Shown one piece after another: positions 27,601-36,700 of a stretch of DNA of 64,000 nt. Source of the stretch: Malacoraja senta (lineage: Eukaryota); the NCBI GenBank assembly GCA_038087875.1, contig CM075991.1, positions 11,720,001 through 11,784,000 of the forward strand. Reading direction: 5' to 3'. Under the pieces are notes generated by a model that saw nothing but the letters and a program-made list of their open reading frames with translations, made no database searches and was not told where the DNA came from. Numbering within the stretch: position 1 is the first letter of the stretch; each line of letters starts with the position of its first letter. Both the position numbers and the translations under genes were made by a program.

Positions 27601-30600
27601 TGGAGTGCACGACTAATAGTTGTCCTGTGGACAGATTCTCCCACCTGAGCTGTGGATCTCTGCAGCTCCTCCAGAGTTACCATGGGCCTCTTGGCTGCTT
27701 CTCTGATCAATGCTCTCCTTGCCCGGCCTGTCAGTTTAGGTGGACGGCCATGTCTTGGTAGGTTTGCAGTTGTGCCATACTCTTTCCATTTTCGGATGAT
27801 GGATTGAACAGTGCTCCGTGAGATGTTCAAAGCTTGGGATATTTGTTTATAACCTAACCCTGCTTTAAACTTCTCCACAACTTTATCCCTGACCTGTCTG
27901 GTGTGTTCCTTGGGCTTCATGATGCTGTTTGTTCACTAATGTTCTCTAACAAACCTCTGAGGCCTTCACAGAACAGCTGTATTTATACTGAGATTAGATT
28001 ACACACAAGTGGACTCTATTTACTAATTAGGTGACTTCTGAAGGCAATTGGTTGCACTGAATTTTATTTAGGGGTATCAGAGTAAAGGGGGCTGAATTCT
28101 TTTGCACGCGACACTTTTCAGTTTTTTATTTGTAAAACAAATTGAAACCCATGTATCATTTTCCTTCCACTTCACAATTATGCGCCACTTTGTGTTGGTC
28201 TATCACATAAAATCCCAATAAAATACATTTACGTTTGTGGTTGTAACGTGACAAAATGTGGAAAAGTTCAAGGGGTATGAATACTTTTGCAAGCCACTGT
28301 AGTTGCTTGACTGCAGCTCTTTCACTGACATGTCCGCTCTACGCTTCAGGTGATACTGCTGTCCTGTCCAGACCTCTTGGACCTGTACCGCCAGACCTGC
28401 ACAATGGCTGAAGCACCCAAAGAACGGGCCGAGCCGGCTCAGCATGCCACAAAGCTGATTAAGGTAAGTTCCCGTGACAGGTCTTTGTAAAGCAGCTTCC
28501 CATTATTTCCCGCGATGGTAAACGCCTCTTTGCACTTGATTGATTCCTTCATTGAGCCCGTGGTGACGCTGCAGTAAGCAATGAGAATCAAACCACAGAC
28601 AACTCCAGCCGCCTTTCTCAGCTCATTCCTTCCACTTGTGCCTAGCCGCCAACAGTTACCCTTCTCCATCACGATCGGGCGCAGAGCTACCTCCACCCGC
28701 TTCTCCCCTCTCTCCACTTCGCTCCCCGGCCCCCGCGCTCCTGTTCTCTCTTTCCCCCTTTCCTACCTCCCACACTACTAGAAACCCCTCCCACTCCGAA
28801 CCGCCCTCGCTCATCTCCTCTGGTCTCTCGTGTTCTTTTGTACAGTTCTTGGTTGGGATGAAGGGCCAGGAGGAAGCGATGGCGATTGGGGGGAGTTGGT
28901 CTCCTTCTCTCGATGGTCCAGGCCCAGATAAGGACCCCAGGGTGCTGATCAAGACGGCCATTCGCACCACCAAGTTCCTGACTGGCATTGATTTGAGCGT
29001 CTGCACCCAATGGTGAGTCCCCCAATGCAGAGCGGGGTGGATGGGCGTGGATGCATGTGGACCCGATGGGTGCATAAACGGAAGCTTGCTGGAGAAAGAT
29101 GGTGGTTAGGGAGGGGAACAGTGCACCGTGTAAAACAGCAGGGGGGAGAGAGGTTAATCTTATTTCCTGGCAGACTTCATTGTTAGTTGGCGTGTTCTGG
29201 CACAGGCTCTGGAAACTTGGACCAGGGAAGGGGTTCTCTGCAGGAATAGTGGCACGGGTTGAGGAGATGCTCCAGTGAATGAGAAGGCATCTGTGGAGGC
29301 ACAGTGAGCCTGGATGTCCTTTGTCCCCTGCCTGGCCGGCAGCTGCAGTCTGGATCTGACGAGGGACAGCGCTGCCCAGGAGTGACGTGATGTTCAGAGC
29401 TACAGAGAGAGTCCGGCTCCAATATCTAGCTTGGTTACTTGGTGAATTGTTCCAATGTGCCCGCGTTGCACTGTACTTCTGGCTGCTGTAGTGTTGGTGC
29501 ACGTTGAGCTTCTGGGGCACCAAGAAATATTACTTTTAAGGGGCCTGTCCCACTTACGCGGTTTTTTTCGGCGACTGCCGACATGCCAGCAGTCGGCGAA
29601 AAAAATCACGTAAGTGGGACAGGCTCCTTAAGTGTCCCAGAACCCAGGAGCTTCCGTCACAGCCCACCGTGCAGGATCTCTCCGTGTACGGTGAAATACT
29701 ATTGCTAACCTGTTTGTTTCTGTTGGTTGAATGGATGCACTAATTCAGCCATCTGCCTGAGCGTTGTGCCAGAAAGGGGGAATGAGTTTCGGGCAGGAGT
29801 ACAGAATGCTGCCATTGTTTGCCTTGTAGAGTTAGCCTGACGGGTGCTTCTGTGGGGTGGGGTGGGATTTATACTTGGCCCTATCACGCTGGGGGTGATT
29901 AATGAAGGTGAGGATCCTGGGCCGAGGGGGCTTCTTTCTTCCCCCGTTGTCAACTCATGACTGAGTATCTATGGGAGGAAAAAAAGACCAAGTGCTGGAG
30001 TAACTCACCAGGTTGCACCATCTATGGATCACAGACATGAATAGGCGACGTTTTGGGTTGAGCCTCTTTCTCAGGCTGACGGTTCCCGACCCAAAATGCC
30101 ACCTGTTCATGTTCTCCAGAGATGCTGTCTGACACGCTGAGTTACTGCAGCACTCTGTGTGTCTTCTTTTGGATCCATCCTTGTATCCATCTACGGGAGG
30201 TTGACTTGACCTGGACTTGAGGAGACCGGTGCTTGGAATGGGTGAAGGATGCCTCCTGCTAGTTCTCGCCTCCTTTTGCAAAGTACCTTTTCCAATGGGG
30301 AATCTGGGATTGCGACTGTGCGAGGGTCAGAATGTGTTGGGGGGGGGGGGGGTATTTGAGGAGTGTGGGTGGCGCGTATCGTTGGACTGTAAGCTTTGGC
30401 GTTGGTTTTGCGATGCTGTGTGCTATTGTTTCCAGTAACCCTCTTCCCTTGTGACAGGTTTCGCTTTGCTGAGATCCGCTACCTTCATCCTGGAGAGCTC
30501 CGCGAGGGGCGGCTGCTCCCAGCCCGTGTGGAGACTGTGGTTGTATTTCTGCCGGATGTTTGGCATTGCCTCCCTACTCGCTTGGAGTGGGACGCACTGT

Positions 30601-30728
30601 CCCTGGGATACACGCAACAACTGACAGACAGGGAGCAGGCAGAGCACAAGGACACGGACCGAGATGAGGCATTGAATCTTTTTTTATTACTCCATTCTCT
30701 TACACACATACTATACACGCACACACCT

Positions 30729-30759
<31 letters not shown>

Positions 30760-33700
30760 CATATACAAACCTTCACACATACCTTCACTCACACACACAG
30801 ATACAAACTCTTTACCCCTCCACTGCCATAGCAAGAGTGACCGATAACTTTCAGTTCAAGTGAGCATTTGCCAAGATAGAATAACCACGAGACTATAAAA
30901 TGCTGTAGCAGGGAACTGCTGCAGAGCTGCTGGCACTCTTTATGAATGTGAACGGGACTCCACTAATGCACTGCCACGTCACAATTCCTTAAACAGAGAC
31001 GGGATGGGGGTAGTAGCAAAAGAGTCGGTGACTAGAATTGGTCATCACATAGTCTGGGGATTGGCCCACTGGTTGTTCAGGGTCAGTGTAGTTGTGGAGC
31101 TGGGTGTGGGAGGCACCAGCTCGTTCCCCAAATCACCCAGTTAACAACAACAAGCATCGGGCAGCTTGAGATCTGCGGTGAAGCCGGCTTCCAAGGCAGG
31201 GCAATATCTCCTGGACCATGTGTAGCAGCTTCTGGACCATCTCTAGCAGCTTCTGGACCATGTGTAGCAGCTTCTGGACCATGTGTAGCAGCTTCTGGAC
31301 CATGTGTAACAGCTTCTGGACCATGTCTAGCAGCTTCTTCACCATGTGTAGCAGCTTCTGGACCATGTGTAGCAGCTTCTGGACCATGTGTAGCAGCTTC
31401 TGGACCATGTGTAGCAGCTTCTGGACCATGTGTAGCAGCTTCTTCACCATGTGTAGCAGCTTCTGGACCATGTGTAGCAGCTTCTGGACCATGTGTAGCA
31501 GCTTCTGGACCATGTGTAGCAGCTTCTGGACCATGTGTAGCAGCTTCTTCACCATGTGTAGCAGCTTCTTCACCATGTGTAGCAGCTTCTGGACCATGTG
31601 TAGCAGCTTCTTCACCATGTGTAGCAGCTTCTGGACCATGTGTAGCAGCTTCTGGACCATGTGTAGCAGCTTCTTCACCATGTGTAGCAGCTTCTGGACC
31701 ATGTGTAGCAGCTTCTTCACCATGTGTAGCAGCTTCTGGACCATGTGTAGCAGCTTCTTCACCATGTGTAGCAGCTTCTGGACCATGTGTAGCAGCTTCT
31801 GGACCATGTGTAGCAGCTTCTTCACCATGTGTAGCAGCTTCTGGACCATGTGTAGCAGCTTCTGGACCATGTGTAGCAGCTTCTTCACCATGTGTAGCAG
31901 CTTCTGGACCATGTGTAGCAGCTTCTGGACCATGTGTAGCAGCTTCCTCACCATGTGTAGCAGCTTCTTCACCATGTGTAGCAGCTTCTTCACCATGTGT
32001 AGCAGCTTCTTCACCATGTGTAGCAGTGCCACAGGCTGAAGCCGTTTCCACACAGATACTCTGACTGTGGTTCCCCACAGCAAGCTTCAGCATAGATTGG
32101 CCTGAGCTTCCTCACTGGAGAATGGGGTGTGCGTCTGTATATCGACGCGGGTGATAACGACACAGCGTGTGCTCCGAGTGGGGAAATGAGATGTGCCTTT
32201 GGCCCCCCTGTCTGGTGACGAGACGGGTTAGTCTGTGGTCTCCCCACGGTGAAGGACATGTTCGCCGGCGATTCCCTTGCGGGTAATGGAACAAATCAGC
32301 CTGTGCTCCCTCACTGGGTGGTGGGTCTGTGGTCTCCTCACTGGGTGATAGGATGTGTGTGGGTGGTGATCTTTGTTAGGAGGTGAAATCTACCGTTGTC
32401 ATGGGCGCTACCGCTGCTGTGTATTAGAATGAAAAAGTATCCTGTGATACTTTTACCATGGAGTAATAAGTCACCCCTGAGGTAGTTGTGGTATTAGCTA
32501 ATAGTATGTTTATTCAATGCTTAATCTCTCTTGAACAAAACACAAAATGGCGGAAGAACTCGGCAGGTCAGGCTGTGAATAGATGGGGGTGACGTTTGCG
32601 GTTAGGTCCCTTCTGGAGATGATGTTTGGCATTGTGCCTGGGGTAACAATGGTTAGGTAAGTGGGGAACTGAAGCTGGGAAACAAAATCTCTGTTTAAAG
32701 AAATGTGACGGGGCCACACAGACCAAGACCACACTGGTGACGCATCAACACTTACACTCTGATTCTCTGACATCCTTTCACCCCAACTGAACACACTGTT
32801 TATGATGCATTGTTCCAGACAGTTTGCCGTTCCTTCCCCTGACGGGCTCACATGAACTCCCACGTGTTGCGTATTCTGGTTTCCGTCCAATACTCGTCTC
32901 ATTCCCATTCCCATATTTGACGAACCTATACCACAATGACAGCTCCCTCTAGGCGATTCCTGCCCCTCACAGTGTGTCCTTTCAGGCCCGAGGCTTTAAT
33001 GCTGGAGCAGCTATAGAATTAAAGTGCAGCTAGGCCTGTCCTTTAAAGCAGTCACAGCAAGAGCAGGCCTCCATCTTGTGGGTTGGTGATCTGTTCACTT
33101 CCTGGCATGGGGACCCTTGGATGGTCTAACTTCTGCTGGCTGAATCCATGCGTGTTTATCACCGGGTCATGAAAAGCAGGCCCTATGGCTGTTTTCGGGC
33201 TCATTGATATACTTGTCGAGCTAAGACGGGCTGGTGTCATAGAGATATCCAGAACTGCCAGTTCCGAACACTGGACATAACCTGCAAAATGCTCTACCCC
33301 AAGACTACTATAACCCAACATTATACAACGATAAAGCTGCACACATCCTACCCTCGCACAGCTCTGAACCTCAGTGTTATATAGGAACAAGCCAATGTGA
33401 CCAGTACTTTGTCCCAGTGTCGTACAGTAATAGACCTGTTCCCACCATCACCTTGCACCAATGTTAAACTGTATAAGTAACACAGGCACTATTGCCAAGA
33501 ATTGTCAGTGGGCAGACCTTTATCCATCTGTACTGTACCCAATGTGACATCAGGTACCCCCATGTAGGGCTGTACAGCCATTACTGTATCTCAGTGTAAG
33601 CTTCTACCCATTAACAATCTGCCCAAGGAATTAGTCCAGAGTTAGCCATCATAATATGCCCCACATTAAATCTCCTGTTTATCCTGGGTTCAGGCTCAGT

Positions 33701-36700
33701 CAGAAACTACTTGCTGCTCCGCATTAAATCCAATACTGAAAGAGACTTGTTAGGTGAGGTACCCTGTAGTATAGCCTTGGTGAAACATTTCATGAAATGA
33801 TCAGCACAGACCTGTGAAGTCTGTCGACTCTGTTCTCTTACCTCAAAACCTGGTGAATGACGTTGATGCTGTTGGCTGCCTCCTTGAAACAAACGGAGTT
33901 ACCACCTACAGTCTCGCTGCTGCTGGCTGCTAGCATGACCTGGTCTGGCTTGAACCAGCCTGTGGTTTAATTAACGTTTTACTGAAGTGTCCTCGTCTGT
34001 GTTCCTGCCTCCACACCAGGAAGTTTGTTCCGTTCAGAGGCAGGCGGGGCGTGGAGGATTCAGCACCTGAATGGTCTTGGGAGCAATTGGCAACTTCTCT
34101 GTGTGGAGGCATCAGAGCGGGACGTAGGCTAATGGCAGTCCATTGCAGCTGATAAAGCTCTGTGTTTAACCCATGAACCGCGCTGGGAGTGCTTCATACC
34201 AGAGTCTAAAGAGTGCTTTAATCTGCGTAAGAACAAACTGCGGATGCTGGTAAAATCGAAGGTAGACGCAAAATGCTGGAGTAACTCAGCTGGACGTTTC
34301 GTCGCCCATTCCTTCTCTCCATAGATGCTGCCTCACCCGCTGAGTTACTCCAGCATTTTGTATCTACCTTCGTTTTAATCTGTATCTGGTTCCACTGAGT
34401 GTTTAACGGGACAGTGTAGTAAATATGTCCACCTTGTGTCCCAAGAATGATGAGGCAGCTTTTAGGGGCTTTTGCCTGTTCCTAGCCATGTTAGATCTGC
34501 TCTGGGAGTATTGAGTACAGTGTCGGAGGTGAACAAGCTATGGCTAACCAAGGAGCTTAAAGTTGAGTGTTAAAAGAATACGATGGCGCAAGGACTAAGG
34601 ATTAAGATATTTACCCCTTTTAAACCCCCCTTTAACTACATTGGATAGGAGGTACAGTAGATGTGGATTTTCAAACGACATCCTACAAAGTGCTGAACAG
34701 AACACAAATGATAAAACATGGCTAGTGAAAGCTGCTGCATAAAGGACTGGGGATCCGTCTATGTGAAACAAATTGGTGGTAATCAGGAAAATCATTTCAA
34801 TATTGGCTTTTAAAATTGAGGTGGTAAGTGTACTGTACTTGAATTCTGGAAGGCATTTAATAGGGCAGATGGCCATGCTCTTTTTCCCAGGGTAGCACAG
34901 CTATAGGACATAGGTTTACGGTGAGGGCAGAGAGATTTAAAAGACCTGGAACTAGCTGCCAAAGGGAGTGGTGGAGGTGGCTACGATTAGAGGGATGTGG
35001 GCCTAACGCAGGCAGATGGGGACTGGCTCCGTTCGGCGACTTGGTTGGGATGAAGGGCCTGTTTTCATGTGTAAAACTGTCTAAATGGTAGGATAATGAG
35101 ACCAGGACAGAACAAGAACAGTGTTCTCTTCAAGAACATGTGCTCAGAGGAGCTAGTGGGACCCGGAAAATTACATAGTTTTAAAAAAAAAACACACAGA
35201 ATTTCTTAGCTGAGACATGTATGAGAAAGGTGGTTATGTATAAAACTCAAGCCACAACTAGATGGAGTTTCATCACCATGTTACAGGAAGGTTGTAAAAG
35301 TGCAAAATGGACCTTTAGAAAATTCAAAGGGATATTGTCAGGGCTGGAGAATTTTACCCATGGGGAGAGTCTTGTAGCACTGAGGTGGTTTTATTTGGAA
35401 ACCGACAGGAGATTTAACATCTGAAAGTATGTTTAAAATGTTATAAAGGTCTGGACCGATTTCCCGAAAGAGATTCTTGGTGCTAGGGTGATAGAGTTAA
35501 AGGAGCATGTTGAAGGATTGGAGGAGTTGAACTCCCTCTTTCACTGGATGGACACTGGGGTCTGCAACTCGCTGCCAGAAACCCTCGTTACATTTAACAA
35601 GAACCTGGGTCAACATTTGAGAGTGGGATTCCTATTGTGAGAGTGGGATTAGGCTGGGCAGCTCTTACTGCCCTGGCATGGACACAAAGAGCCAAAGCTG
35701 GCTCCAGGGGTTGTGGAGGAGAGTCATGGGAGCGGTGTGATCATTGACAAGGGTAAGGGGCGCATCTTTGTTCTGCTGCGCTGTGTGTCTCAGTGTGAAC
35801 TGCGTGTTTCCTAACCTTCCCCTTTTTGTCCCTTTCATCGCCTCTTGCCTCCATGTGTCCTCCCTCACAGGGGAGGAGGATGTAGGCTGGGGACACCTCA
35901 CTGATTGTTCCAGAGCGTTTCCTCCCGCCTGCTGTTAGTGGCACAGTGCAGGCCGCACGATGTAATGACAGACTGCCCGTGGAGCCTGGATCGCGACGGC
36001 AGCTCGACTGACACTGCAGGTTGCTCGTTTTAACGTCACCCTATTTGTCCTCGCAGGCTGAAGAGAAGATGGAAGAGCAGGGAGAAGATGCCCCCCCCAC
36101 CCCCACCCAGTGGAGTCAATCTGGATCTGAAGTCAATGAAAGTAAGAGCTGCTATTTGTATCTGGCGAGACCTGCCTCGTGGTCACTGCTCGCCTAAGTG
36201 CGTGTCTATAATACGCACCTTTCCGATCCGGTCCAGTTAGAATTCAGAATGGAGTTGCAAAAGATTGCAAAAAAAACTACTGGAGCAACTCGGCGGGTCA
36301 GGCAGCATCTGTGGAGGAAACAGTTGATCTTTCGTGTCAGGGCCCTTCCTCTGGACAGACTCCCTGGCTCCACGCACACACTCTCCGTTGGAACCATAGC
36401 CCACTCTGACTCATTCATGTCTGGCCATCATTATAGAGACTGTCTGAGGAAGGAGCAGATGGTTGGGGTTTAGTACATCCCTACATCAGTCTGAAGAAGG
36501 GTTTTGGCCCGAATCGTTGCCTATTTCCTTCGCTCCATAGACGCTGCTGCACCCGCTGAGTTTCTCCAGCACGTTTGTCTACCTTGGGGTTTAGTCAGAC
36601 GGCTGAAGCTCTGATCTGCACAGAATGCCAACTGTAGGACTCCGCGATTCTCGGCTAATCAGTGGAAACAACAGTAAGTCCAAAATGGATGTGTATCCCT

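Noticed and set aside
28656..29523. 278-aa and 139-aa minus-strand ORFs
   Set aside because: Overlap a CCAR2 exon and GC-rich intron antisense; no recognisable motifs.
31212..32026. CRISPR-like array
   Set aside because: Head-to-tail tandem units with no unique spacers, no cas genes, and a vertebrate intron context.
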